Source: Octopus vulgaris
Lineage: Eukaryota
NCBI GenBank assembly: GCA_951406725.2
Contig: OX597820.1
Span: 69,006,001-69,070,000, forward strand
DNA length: 64,000 bases
Direction of reading: 5' to 3'
A program made the translations under genes and the position numbers. The notes below the pieces were generated by a model, which was given only the letters and a program-made list of their open reading frames with translations, ran no database searches and was not told the origin of the DNA. Shown here one piece after another: positions 13,927 to 26,423 of the stretch (its first letter is position 1; each line of letters opens with the position of its first letter).

Positions 13927-14670
13927 CAGTAACCCGGGCATTGATATGAGCAATGATGCATCTTTCCAAGTACATATTACCAATTTGTTAAGAAAATGCT
14001 GACAGCTGGATGTATCCTCCGATCTTTCAAAACAAGAGAAAAGGAGACATTGATGATCCTTCGTGGACATACGTTGGACTATTGCTCCCAACTATGGTCA
14101 CCGAACAATGAAAAATCCACGGAGGAACTCGAAGCAATCCAACGAAGCTACACTAAGAAAATTGTCTCGATGCAACATGTCAGCTACTGGGAAAGACTGA
14201 AAGAATTAAAACTCTTCTCCCTGCAACGAAGGCAGGAGAGATATGCAGTGATATACATATGGGAATTCCTAGAAGGCCTTGTATCAAACTTTGGCATTAA
14301 AAGTTATTCAAGCTGCTAAACGGCGCGCCACTGCATAGTGCCAAGGATCCCAGCATCACCATCAAAATAGAGGACCTGATACTGCAACAACTTGGGCATC
14401 AAGGGCCCACAGCTCTATAGTATGCTTCCAAAATGCCTGATAGATCTGCATTTTGTGGATGAAAGAGTCTTTAAAACAAAAATTGGATCTCTTCCTGTTA
14501 AGGGTTCCAGACCAGCCTATCTCACAGCGGAAAACAGAGAATAGGGCAGCAGCATTAAACTCCCTCATAGACCAAATGCCACATATTAGAGAAGATTCCA
14601 AATATTAGTGTGGCTCAGTCAATGGTGGTGCTCCAGCATGACCGGAGCTTTGCAGCTGAAACTAGATAAA
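13927..14670 (+). mobile_element. 5'-truncated CR1/L2-group LINE: C-terminal ORF2 (post-RT) plus 3' tail, disrupted
   Basis: ORF 13996-14319: GCILRSFKTRE...LDYCSQLWSP...LEAIQRSYTKKI...YWERLKELKLFSLQRRQERY. After stops it continues GPQLYSMLPKCL...FKTKLDLFLLRVPDQP. Has frameshifts and stops. Confidence 0.9.
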
Positions 14671-15132
14671 ATATAAATATACATATATATACACATATAT
14701 ATATGCACACATATATACATATATATACATATACACATATATACACACAGGTATATACATATATATGTATACATATACACATATATACACACATGTATAT
14801 ATATACATATATATATATACATACATACATAGATAGATATATGAATACATATATACATCTATATATATATACATATATATATATACATATATGCATATAT
14901 ATATATACACACATATATTTATGTATATATATATGGTATATACTCATATATACAACCATATACTTGCACATATACATATCTATATGCCTACATGTACATA
15001 TGTATATAAATATATATTTCTATGAGTATGTATTTATTACAGATAGTTTATATTAATACGTGCGGAGAAACTCAACATGACAACCAATTCTTTTGAACTG
15101 TATATGAAATATTACGGTCCAACATATATAGC

Positions 15133-15415
15133 TTTGTGAGTGGATTTTGATAGACAGAACATGAAAGAAGCCCGTCATATACACACACACATATATATAT
15201 ATATATACGTGTGTGTGTGTGTGTGTGTGTGTGTTTGGTTTCCGCTATCACAGCTTAACAACCGGTGTTGGTGTGTTTACTTCTATCGGCAAAGTGACCG
15301 ATCGCATAAAAAAGGAAGTAAGTCCTAAGGTCTATTTGTTCGACAAAAATCCTTCAAGTGGATCTCCAGCATGACCGCTGTTATATGACTGCAACAAATA
15401 AAAGAATAAAAGAAT
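15133..15415 (+). mobile_element. SINE family A, 5'-truncated
   Basis: TTGTGAGTGGATTT...GAAAGAAGCCCGTC...CTCCAGCATGACCGC. Confidence 0.8.
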
Positions 15416-15561
15416 ATATATATATATATATTTAATCCTGCATTATAGATGCATAGGCTGTAATATCCATATTGTATATCAACGATATAACACTTTCGGC
15501 TCGTTCAATAATATATTTTCTTACAAGTGTTCCCAGTATCTACACAAACAATTGTAATATT

Positions 15562-15784
15562 GATTTAAAATTTTGCCACAAGACCAGCAGGGGATGGTCT
15601 AAGTGGATTGCATCGATCCAGTGGATCGATCTAGTACCCAATGGTACTTACCCTATCGACCACGGAAGGATAAAAGGCAAAATCGACCTCTTCGGAATTT
15701 GAACTCAGAACTTAAAGACGGTCGAAATGCCGCAAAGCATTTTGCCCGGCGTGCTAACGATTCTGCCAGCTCGCCGTCTTACGA
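15562..15784 (-). mobile_element. SINE family B with TSD ACAATTGTAATATT
   Basis: Family-B head and core on the minus strand. Direct repeats start at 15548 and 15785. Confidence 0.85.
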
Positions 15785-15799
15785 ACAATTGTAATATTA

Positions 15800-16174
15800 G
15801 TGGCACTCCGTCGGTTAGGACGACGATTGTTCCAGTTGATCCGATCAACGGAACAGCCTGCTCGTGAAATTAACGTGCAAGTGGCTGACAACTCCACAGA
15901 CACGTGTATCCTTAACGTAGTTCTCGGGGAGATTAAGTGTGATACAGAGCGTCACAAGGCTGGCCCTTCGAAATACGGGTACAATAGAAACAGGAAGAAA
16001 AAGTGAGAGAAAGTTGTGGTGATAAGAGAACAGCATGGTTCGCTATCACACCCTGCCGGAGCCTCTTGGAGCTTTAGGTGTTTTCACTTAATAAACACTC
16101 ACAACGCCTGGCTGGGAATCGAAACTGAGACCGCGAGTCCACTGCCCTAACTTCTAGTCTATTGCGCAGCTACT
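15800..16174 (-). mobile_element. tRNA-derived SINE family E with 13-bp TSD
   Basis: Minus strand: tRNA-like head with GTTTCGATTCCC B box and a tail ending AACCGACGGAGTGCCAC. AATTGTAATATTA at 15787-15799 and 16175-16187. Confidence 0.85.
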
Positions 16175-16441
16175 AATTGTAATATTAAATCCATTATCAG
16201 CTTAGTGGTATTTCGTCCGTTGTTACGTTCTGGTTCCTAATTCTTAGACGTTGCCTTTCATCATTGAAAGGTCGATAAAATAGCTACCAGACGAGCAATG
16301 GAGGTCGATGTAATCGACTTACCCACAGCTTCAAAATTGCTGGCCATGTGGCAAAATCTGAAACCTTTGTTGAATCTAAAATTTATACAGACTCACGTAT
16401 AAACATGCTATACACTCACACATATTCATATATATCTTGTT

Positions 16442-16838
16442 GGCGCAGGAGTGACTGTGTGGTATGCAGCTTGCTTACCAACCACATGGTTCCGGGTTCA
16501 GTCCCACTGCGTGGAACTTTGGGCAAGTGTCTTCTACTATAGCCTCAGGCCGACCAAAGTCTTGTGAGTGGATTTGTAGACGGAAACTGAAAGAATCCCG
16601 TATATATATGTTTATATATATGCATGAATGTGTATATGTTTGTGTGTCTGTGTTTGTCTCCCTAACATCGCTTGACAACCGACGGTGGTGTTTACGTCCC
16701 CGTAACTTAGCGGTTCGGAAAAAAAGACCGATAGAATAAGTACTAGTCTTACAAAGAATAAGTCATGGGGTCGATTTGCTCGACTAAAGGCCATGCTTCA
16801 GCATGGCAACAGTCAAATGAATGAAACAAGTAAAAGAG
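16442..16838 (+). mobile_element. SINE family A, full length
   Basis: GGCGCAGGAGTGACTGTGTGG through TGAAACAAGTAAAAGAG. A degenerate family-B copy lies at about 16200-16365. Confidence 0.9.
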
Positions 16839-17339
16839 CAATTAAACAATGTTACTTTGGTTTAATATTTATGAGTTTATATTCTTCAAAGTCCATGGTA
16901 CTTATAAATTATTGGAATTGATATGTATTTTTAAAAGCATATTATGAAAGAAATCTATATAAATCCAATGAAATAATTTTCTTTATCGTATATTTGCAAT
17001 AAACATTACATTATCAATAATATTAATATTGTTTAACGATCAATTATTTAAAGATGTACCATATAAATTTTCTCCCTTATAACGTAGTGTCACAATGCTA
17101 TCGTGACCTAGCATTTGACTATTAGTATTGATACGATAGGACATATTGGATATATTATTAACATAGGAAAAGAGTTAAATTCATCATGATAACTTAAGAG
17201 GTAATTCACGGAATCTCTTATCAGTAATATGAGACAATGAGTGAAATTAATATAAATCTTTTGTAAGAAGAGTTCAGCAAATCCAGGGAAGATGTCGAAC
17301 GTATGACTGGAAAGATGAGCAACTAGAAAGTGGTAGGCC

Positions 17340-17542
17340 TACGAGGGGTGCTGAAAAATTCCTGGCTTTGTGTAAAAGAAAATAAAGGAGGATTATCTAA
17401 TTATGATTCTGTTCAACAAATTCCCATCTCAGATTCCCACACTTATTGTAACGGTCTTTCAGTTTTTCTTAGCCCTATAGAACTTGGAACGTTGGACCTC
17501 CAGCCAGGCCTTTCGCCATGAACTTTCCAGCACCCTCTTGTA
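17340..17542 (+). mobile_element. mariner-type MITE with TA TSD
   Basis: TIRs TACGAGGGGTGCTGAAAAATTC and GAACTTTCCAGCACCCTCTTGTA. Removing the element rejoins the RT reading frame. Confidence 0.85.
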
Positions 17543-17854
17543 AATAGAGTGAAGGGGTATTGGGTAAAAAAATTTAGAGGATGTCACAAAAAGGTAAGGG
17601 AACAATTATGTACATTATTTGAAGAATATACATAAATCCCAAAGGTAAAAAATTATTGTACTAAAAAGAAGTATTAAGGACAGATGCTGTTGATAACTTC
17701 AGGCCAATATATTGTCTACCCATCATGTGGAACCTACGAGCCAGAATACTATCTGATGCAGTATGTACGAGTTCAGGGCCAGGATAACATCTTAACAGAA
17801 GAGTAAAAAGTTGCAAACGTTGATGCAACGTAGATAAAACAATGCTAAAAGATT

Positions 17855-18157
17855 CTTTTCTACTCTAGTCCCGAAATTTAGGGAGGGTGGGGGGCAATCG
17901 ATTAGATCGACCCCAGTACGCAACTGGTACTCAATTTATCGACCCCCGAAAGGATGAAAGGCAAAATCGGCCTCGGTGGAATTTGAACTCAGAACGTAAA
18001 GATAGACGAAATACCTATTTCTTTACGACCCACAATATGCTAAACACAGAAGGTAAAGTCGACCACGGCGGAATTTGAACTCAGAACGTAGCGGTGGACG
18101 AAATACCGCTAAGCATTTCTCCCGGCGTGCTAACGATTCTGCCAGCTCGCCACTTTG
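17855..18157 (-). mobile_element. SINE family B with internal partial duplication and 16-bp TSD
   Basis: ACAATGCTAAAAGATT at 17839-17854 and 18158-18173. GGAATTTGAACTCAGAACGTA occurs twice inside. Confidence 0.9.
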
Positions 18158-18869
18158 ACAATGCTAAAAGATTGCAAAACTTGTGTAATGAGCTTAGTTA
18201 TGGCGTGTATAGACTATCAAAAACTTGAAGAAATACTTCATCAATCGTAGACTGTGGACAACTTTGAAATATATGAAAATGCACACGATGTCTTGAACTT
18301 ATTGAGCCGAAGTCTGAATGGATGGGCCACTGAACTCACCTTTGCTTTTTGTTTTGTATGTTATACCGTTGACAGTGCTTTTGAAAAACGTGGAAGTTGA
18401 GTTTGAGTTCAAGGAAAGATAAGATCAACCGTCTACCTTCCATGGACGACCTGAAGTTTTATGGAAAAAAACAAATAGCAGATTAATTTACTGATTCATT
18501 CACTGCATTGCTTTAGTGCGGACATTAGAATGGAATTTGGATTGAAAAAGTGTCATGTATTGATTCTCAAGAAAGGTGAAGTCCAACAAGTGGATGGTGG
18601 AAAGAATACAAGTATTTGGGCATATTGCAAGTAGCCGATCTGATGGGAAACCAAATGAAGCACATATTCTCTTCTGAGTATTTTACTGTTCTAGGTGGAT
18701 GCTCTATTCACTGATCTCTGGAAGCATGAATATCAAGGCTGACTTTGGTGAGGATTGAACTCAGAACGCAAAAAGCTGGAAAAAAATACTGCAAGGCATT
18801 TGTTGTTAAGTCAGAAATCAATTCCTTTTTTCCTTTTTTTCGTTACATTTAACATATATGATTGCGAGG

Positions 18870-19230
18870 TTAAGAAGACCGCTTTACCACCCTTTTTTTC
18901 GAGTTCAATCACACTGCGCCACACCTTGGGCAAGTGTCTTCTCCCATAAACCCGAGCCGGCCAACGCGATGTAAATTTGGTAGCTATAGACTGTGTAGAA
19001 GCCCATCGGGTACACACACGCGCGCGCGCACACACACATACACATGCACACACATTTATGCGTACATATTTTTGTGCCTGTATTTCTTACCCCTTCCACT
19101 GCTTGACAGCCGGTGTTGGTTTGTTACTCCCCGTAACACAAGAATTTGATAAAAGTGGTCGATAATATAAGCTATAAATTTTTAAAATACCTAAATACTA
19201 ATGTCGATCTGCTCAACTAAAATCCTTTCA
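18870..19230 (+). mobile_element. SINE family A, degenerate
   Basis: GAGTTCAATCACACTGCGCCACACCTTGGGCAAGTGTCTT, GCTTGACAGCCGGTGTTGG. Confidence 0.7.
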
Positions 19231-19679
19231 ACTCAGATGTACTCTTTCACCACAACATTCTCTCACTCTTTCTTCCTACTACTACCATAAAGCAGAGGAA
19301 CCATGGTGTGGTAAAACTTTCAGACCCTAGTCTATATTGCGAATCCTCTGTACCCCAGGATGGTTCAGCTCTCCACCCGTTAAAAGCCACCGTTTATGGA
19401 ATGAGGATAACAACGTAGCTTTCGCGCCCGTGCAACCACCAGCCTATCACGTGTGGTGGGTGGATCTTCAAGTTGCCACACGCATTCTTAGTAGGTTAGA
19501 GTAGGCTCGAATTAGAGATTATTCTTTGTGGCTAATGGCTACTGCTTCTACATCTGCAACTGTGACCGTTTCGCTTCTTCTATGTCTGGGATCGTGCTAG
19601 TATTTACACATCTGGGACTGTGCTGCTACATCAATACCCGGAACGGTACCTAAGTCTTGAACAGTGGTACTTGAGGAGA

Positions 19680-19780
19680 GGAATCTCTCTGATGTCCGAT
19701 ACTATAACCACATGTAAAACACCTGGGCCTTCTGTCTGTTACCATAAATCTCATTTTGCTTTTATTTGCTGAGAAAACAC
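19680..19780 (-). mobile_element. Possible degenerate LINE ORF1 zinc-knuckle fragment
   Basis: Minus-strand translation KMRFMVTDRRPRCFTCGYSIGH resembles RxxCxxCGxxGH. The final Cys is not evident. Confidence 0.35.
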
Positions 19781-20549
19781 GGTTGAGAACTATTTATGAT
19801 CCTATAGCAGTAACATATGAAGATCGAGCTGAACCTTTCAAATAGTTCTGGGGAATTGAAGATTTTGTTTTAGTCACCTCTCCATATTCCTCCACAAGCA
19901 TTTCTGTGTACAAGAGATTTGTGCGCAGTCGAGTATATAATGAACTATGAGCTTTGTCATGCATTTCAATACATATGATAGGTGGAGTTGATCATGAGAG
20001 GCGCATATTATTGTTGAGAACATCCGAACCACTTTTTCCGCATGTGTATAGTGCCAGAACTAAAATGAAATTCAGCTTCTCTTTACACGTCAAAATCCGC
20101 TCAGATTTCTTTGAGACACTCTTCTATTTGTGTCTGCGTCGGTTTGTCCACTTTTCTAGTCCTGCATTTCATCCATTTATAAACAATTGAGTGTGTCTGC
20201 TTCCGGTGTGGTTGTATTTCCATAAGAAGCGTGACAGCACAGCCAAATCCGTCTCTCTGTGTGATAAGGGTAACTGTCATACGTATATATTTTAATACAT
20301 TTAAAGAAAGATATTAGAGGGACTGCTATGTTTAATTTGGAGAATGAAACTTAATATGGTGTGGCATTCATTTATTAAGGTCTTAGAGTAGAAGACAAAG
20401 ACATTTTACAAACATAAGATATGCAGTTGACCCAGACTTACTTGTAGAATAGGAAAAGGAATTTCAGAGACTTCTGGATGTAGTGGTCCTAGAAAGTGAG
20501 AGGAAGGGGCTGTTGAGAAAAACTTAGCTAATATGGAGGACTAGAAGCC

Positions 20550-21293
20550 ATCCGAAAATTGGAAATGAGTTATCTGTATCATGATGAATCTCGCCAAATA
20601 TAAAGATACCGGCATCATGACAGCTACGCCATACTTTAGGAACTCCGTAAAGGCTGTAAGACGTGACTTGGATAGAGGCTACAATGTCGCAACCAGCTGG
20701 AAGGGTCAGGCGGGCGTTCTGACTACGGCCTCACACCTGGATTCATCCCCATACTTTTGAACAGGGCCTTTGGCTAAATTCAGATACCTGTGTATAGCTG
20801 CTGGAAAATGGTCAAACACTGGCTGGTTGGGTTATTGCTGAAAGGCCATATGGGTAACAGCAGGATTCGGTTCCTTGCTATTCCTCCGGAAAGAGTGAGA
20901 TGTGGTTGTCAGTGAATTTCTACGACTTCATTAGCCCCAATTTCTAGCCTTTTAATCATTCTAATTGTAATCCCATGGATTACGTGTGGGGTGTCTTTTT
21001 AAGAAGACACCAACTGCTCTGTTTGCAACACCAAGGCTGAGCTGGTGTCCAAGATCAAAGAGGTATTCGAAGATCTTGCGAGGGACCCCATGAGATACAC
21101 ATGCGCCCGGTCCTGGAGCCGTCTAGAGGCCGTGGTAGAATCTGTTGAGCTATTTTTAATAAATTGTTATATCGCAGTCATAATCTAATCGATATTTTTT
21201 TTTATTTTTTAAAAATACTTTTATTTTTGGATTCGATATTTTGTTTTGTTTTCCATTTTTGCAAACAGTCTCATTTGACTCGAACACCCTGTA
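20550..21293 (+). mobile_element. Tc1/mariner-superfamily DD37D (maT) transposon relic, internally deleted
   Basis: QQDSVPCYSSGKSEMWLSVNFYDFISPNF*PFNHSNCNPMDY has 37 residues between the two Asp. Then NTKAELVSKIKEVF...SRLEAVVE. The 3' end is ACACCCTGTA. Confidence 0.85.
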
Positions 21294-22504
21294 CTAGGAA
21301 AGGATTGGATGGTCAGAATTGGAGTGCCTTTGATTAGGAAATAAACATAGGGCCTACGTGGTTGATGAGCCATCTAACAATGACGGCGAAAATTTTCTGT
21401 CTGTCTGTCTCCGTCTGTCTGTCTCTCTCTCTCTCTCTATTGCTCTCTCTCACACATCCATACACACCCATCATAATCAAAGCATTTTCATAAGTTTTTT
21501 TAGGAAACATCTATGACTGTTTTCAGACTTCTAGTTATCCTTTGATTCATAGCCTCTGAATAATATGAAGCTTTCCTTTCGTAAGTCTCAAGTTATCCTG
21601 TGGTTTAAAACAAATAGAGAATGTGTATCATATAAACACATCACCAGGGAAATAAATCCAGTGTAATAATGCCTGTTACATTTAGGACAGGTAAAGAGTT
21701 AAATGAGAAGAAAACATACTTTAGATTACAAGACAAGATAGACGTGGCTGAAAAATGGCAGCAACAGCAATAAAACAACAAAAATAATACTGTAATATCC
21801 TTCCGGTTTCCGAATATAAAGAATTTTTAAAAGCAGGTTTGAAAACACAATACCTTGCATATTATTGATTTCAGGTGCCAAAAAATATTTTTTAATGGAT
21901 GAGGAAGTGTAAAACTTCGTATTTTTCTTTTGTTTGTCGCGTCTGATATTATATTCTTTGTTCTAGTTATTGAACTGTGGCCATATTAGTGCAACATCTT
22001 AAGAAAATGTTTTAGTCAATCATATGCACACTAGTATTTCTGGCTCATATGTTATTGATTTTTATTAATAGAGTAGCTAGATTACGTATATGAAATTTTG
22101 TTTCCTGTATATCTTGGATTAGCAAATGCGTTAAAATTTCGAAAATGTGTGTTGTGGTATTTATTCGTTCCGTCTTTTTACATTCTGAATTCAAATCCAG
22201 ACTAGGTCAGTTTTTCCGTCTACCCTTTCGGAATTGATGAAAATAACGTATCAATGAAGTACAGGGTTCGAGAGATATCAATTAACTCTTTCCTCAAAAT
22301 TGCTGGCCTTGGGTATGAATCAGAAAACATGTATTATATATTTTTCTGTAAGAAAAAACAAAAATCAAAATTTATGATGGATGAATTTAATAGAAATAAA
22401 ATAAATGAATAATGAAAAACTGTAATGTGAATGGTAAACTGATTGATTTAATAGATATTTGCATTTAAAGGGCGATTGGGCTGTCGGTCAGTTTGTGTAT
22501 AGCA

Positions 22505-22740
22505 TCATACAAATCATCACACCCCAACAACACATTACACCACCACGCCACATCACCACACCACACCACCACATACCACCACACCACACACCACCATACC
22601 ACACACCGCCACACCACACCACGCCACATTACACCACCCCGCACACACTAGCACTGACCACGTCCCAGTACCCACACCAGCGCACACAATAGCACTGACC
22701 ACTTCCCAGCATCCACACTATCATCCACAAACCTACATAT
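22505..22740 (+). repeat. Degenerate (CACCA)n pentanucleotide array
   Basis: Repeated CACCA/CACAC units. Confidence 0.8.
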
Positions 22741-22827
22741 GCACACACGCACATGTCAAGGTCACCAGACCCCTTCCACTCGCATATATATGCTCTCACA
22801 TACATACGCACGCGCACCTTCGTTTTT

Positions 22828-23085
22828 GGATTACCACTACTTTATTATCTCCCCTTCTTCCTAGCTCTCCTGTGTGAACCTTCTGTCCGGTATTCGCCTT
22901 GTTAGATCGCTAGCCACTAAATCTTTTATATTTTTTTCTCTCCCTGTTTATTTCTGAGTTCCTTTCTGTCGAAGAGTATAGGCTCGAAACATAAAAGACT
23001 TTCTCACTTCCCGAGCATTAAACTGATACATCTGTTTGTTGTTTACACACCTGCCTTCGTATCTTTTTTTGTAAATTCTCACTAT
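22828..23085 (+). mobile_element. Penelope-like terminal repeat fragment
   Basis: Pyrimidine-rich block with a hammerhead-like motif, ending in (TA)n. Same layout as 61193-61395. Confidence 0.6.
22962..22997 (+). ncRNA. Minimal type-I hammerhead-ribozyme-like motif (variant core)
   Basis: CUUU CUGUCGA A GAGU-auag-GCUC GAAA ca UA AAAG. Stem I has 4 bp and stem II 4 bp. Confidence 0.55.
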
Positions 23086-23095
23086 ATATATATAT

Positions 23096-23159
<64 letters not shown>

Positions 23160-23194
23160 CTGAGTAGGCAAACGAAAGAAGAGCCCACCGGATT

Positions 23195-23228
23195 CTGAGG
23201 ATTAGCATCACGCTAGAAACTCGGGGTA
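23195..23228 (+). ncRNA. Hammerhead-like core lacking stem I
   Basis: CUGAGGA U UAGC-aucac-GCUA GAAA CU-cgg-GG UA. The flanks do not form stem I. Confidence 0.4.
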
Positions 23229-23289
23229 CCTCAGCGCCTAGGCATAGCCGGATCTTATTAATGTTCTGCCTTTCGACTGTAAAATTATA

Positions 23290-23488
23290 TAAGGAGAGAA
23301 ATTTCGGGATCTAATGCCGAACTTGTCTACTTTGCTTTGGATGTAGTAATAGATGAATTCTCGATGAAGGCCTTCCAGCGCATGCGCTTGATGTCACATT
23401 CAGCTTTCTCTGTGAGTCGCGTCAAATGCAGTTTCCTTGGTGGTATTCGGGTGTTCTTCATCGAGTATGGCAGCAGTTGTCTCTTCAT
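23290..23488 (-). mobile_element. Penelope-like element ORF N-terminal relic
   Basis: 53-aa ORF 23488-23327: MKRQLLPYSMKNTRIPPRKLHLTRLTEKAECDIKRMRWKAF..., then after a frameshift KFGIRSRNFSP. Matches the YSxKNIPIP...EKxExxIKRMRWKAF pattern I associate with PLE ORF starts. Confidence 0.65.
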
Positions 23489-24386
23489 TGACGTTTGTGG
23501 ATGGAATTCAACGGTGTCTGGAGGATTTATAGAAGTGAGTGGAGAAATGAAAGAAAGAAGTACACAATATTTTTAGTGGGAGTTACATATATATTTTAAA
23601 CAGTTTCACTCGGCTCTATATCACTTAAAGTTTTGCAGGCTACTGATAGAAACCTGCCTCGTTCAGGCTTAAATTACTGAATGGAAAAATACAGAAAGTT
23701 CAAAATGGCTGCTGGAAAATGGGCTTCTGTTGGTCAAGGTGGGTCACATGCTGTTGTTATATGTGAGATGGGCAATTCAACGACACTAGATGTGTTAAAA
23801 AGAAGAATTTCTTGGACTGCGTGGATTGACAGAAGCTGGTAGCTCCTTGGTGTCTGGTGAGCATTTGAAGGGACTTGGAGGTCGACAGAAGAAAGGCTGC
23901 TGAGTGTGTGCGCGTGCATGCGCGCGCGCACGTGTGTGTGTGTATATGTGTAGATTCCAAATGTAGAACCGTAAGAGATAAAGCTATAACTAATAGTGAA
24001 TTATGGGTTTATGTCCCATGAGCAGCCGTCGACATTTTTACCTACCCCTATTTTACTTGGTAGACCTTGAAGTCTCTAACTTCTTACTATGTAAACATTA
24101 TGTATGTGTATGTGGTGGGGGTGTGCGTGTATAGAAGTGAAAAATTCGCCTATGTGTATCCGCCATCTTGAATGTAATATATGCTTTTTCGTGGTTTTGT
24201 GTCACGTTTCTACTGCATTAGTTACTTAATCGCATGTCATGGTTCACAACAACACAAAGGCAGCAGTACCATCTCAATGTGCTTAGAAACAATCCATAGT
24301 GCAATAAGCTGATGAAGGGTACATATTCGGCTACATACTTTTTGCTTGATTTGTCTGTTAAGTCATTTTATCTTTATTCCAATATC

Positions 24387-24468
<82 letters not shown>

Positions 24469-25223
24469 TCGAAATAAAGTATGGTAAACGTCAGATATAG
24501 TTTATAACATTTGTTCCCTACGTACGTTTCACCACTGTGGTTATTTGCATTCTCTGCAGTGGATATTCATAGTGCTATTGGAAGCTGATCTAGAACATTT
24601 TTTCAAGGGAACGCTGTATGACATGTTGTTTACACTAATCCAAAGCTATTCACGCTGCTCTAACCTCCCCAGCAGCTGTGGTATATCAGGCTGTAAGCGT
24701 AGGAAGGATATATGCTTCATTTATTGCATGGATGACATTTGAAGTTTTAATCCAATGAAATAATTAGTTCATAAATTTAAAGTCTAGTGCAAATTTTACC
24801 GAACAGAATTTTTTTTTCTTTTGTCAAATTGTTAAATTATAGGTATATCAAAAGTACTGAACTAATGCTATCAAGATGTAAGGCTCAAATAAACACCTTT
24901 CCGCATATAAGCACATTTCCGCATACCTCCGATGCTGAGCTAAGTTGCCTCTTCCCTATATCAAACTGAAGATCCTCCTGAGTTTGTGGAGCACCCATGG
25001 GAAATTCTTCCTTAACTTGTAAAGTGCTCCACTCGGTGATACAGATGAACCTGCCATTCTTGATCCCCATTGTTGATGTCTTTCTAATTGTGTTCATTGC
25101 CAACAAATTCCAGAGCTGGAGCTGGAGCTGGTGGATCGGTTAGCAACATGTAGTCCTAACATTATTTACATTACTTACATTATTCGAACCTGGCTTCACA
25201 TTCCTAAGGTATTTTTCGATGTT

Positions 25224-25283
<60 letters not shown>

Positions 25284-25284
<1 letters not shown>

Positions 25285-25827
25285 GTACCAGGCAGTGGCT
25301 CTCATGGCTTCTGATCTTAACTGATTGGAAGTGTTATCATGTACATTGTTTTGTCTTGGTATAAAAGATGGGCTACAGCAAATATTCTGCTCAATACCAC
25401 AGATTTGCTTGTCAGTTGTTTGACCTTAACCAGTTGAGCATGTCCCTTAGTGGCTGACGATATGTGCATCTCTGATCACGAGCAGAAGTAGTGGGGGAGC
25501 ATCATAGCCATGTGTTGAGAGGGATTCTTTGGGGTTTGAATAGTTCACCTCTGGAAACATGGGTGGTTCTTTCAACATCCTTAAACAACCCTTATTCAGG
25601 GACCGTTTGAGCGGGATGGGCTACTCAACCTGAAGAAAATTCTAACTGGGCCCCACTTGCAAGGTCATGTGCTGTTTATCTTAATATGAGATCACCATGT
25701 CGCGCACATATGGTTGTGATGCATGTGCCTGGTGTACCTTTATCAGACGGGTAGTCATGATGGGTATATTGGGCTTCGTATATTTTACCCCAGTGTCACT
25801 TTGATGGCATGAACTGCTCTCTCACTC
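25284..25827 (+). mobile_element. About 550-bp element (family D), copy 1, bounded by (AAT)n
   Basis: Highly similar to 25869-26423. (AAT)n on both sides. Confidence 0.8.
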
Positions 25828-25868
<41 letters not shown>

Positions 25869-25870
<2 letters not shown>

Positions 25871-26423
25871 GCCCTGATGCAGTACCAGACAGTAGCTCTC
25901 ATGGCTGATGATCTTGTTTGATTGGAAGTGTTATCATGTACATTGTTTTGTCTTGGTACGAAAGATGGGCTACAACAAATATTCTGCTGAATACCACAGA
26001 TTTGCTTGTCAGTTGTTTGATTTTAACCAATTGACCATGTCCCTTAGTGACTGATGATATGTGCATCTCTGATCATGAGCAGAAATAGTGGGGGAGCATC
26101 ATAGCCATGTGTTGTGAGGGATTCTTTGGGTTTGAATAATTCACCTCTGGAATCATAGGTGTTTCGTTCAACATTTTTAAACAACCCTTATTCAGGGACC
26201 TTTTGAGCGGGATGGGCTATTCGACCAGAAGAAAATTCTAACTGGGCCCCACCTGCAAGGCCATGCGCTGTTTATCTTGATATGAGATCACCATGTCGCG
26301 CATATATGGTTGTGATGCATGTGCCTGGTGTACCATTATCAGACGGGTAGTCATGATGGGTATACTGGGCCTCGTATACTTTATCCCAGTGTCACTTTGA
26401 TAGCATGCACTGCTTTCTCACTC
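25869..26423 (+). mobile_element. Family D, copy 2, bounded by (AAT)n
   Basis: Same 3' end CTCACTC-AATAAT. The 5' end is about 11 nt longer. Confidence 0.8.

Larger units (their letters stand above)
17200..18660 (+). mobile_element. R4/Dong-type non-LTR retrotransposon RT relic, interrupted twice
   Basis: Hand translation across insertions: KMSN*KVVGL/NRVKGYWVKKF, AVDNFRPIYCLPIMWNL, DKTMLKDCK...LVMACIDYQK, SPLLFVLYVIPL, KINRLPSMDDLKFY, FSADIRMEFGLKKC, YKYLGILQ. Confidence 0.85.

Noticed and set aside
24885-25106. Non-repetitive 73-aa ORF, and a similar open stretch near 26600-26880
   Set aside because: Possibly decayed retroelement, but there is no motif I can name with confidence.
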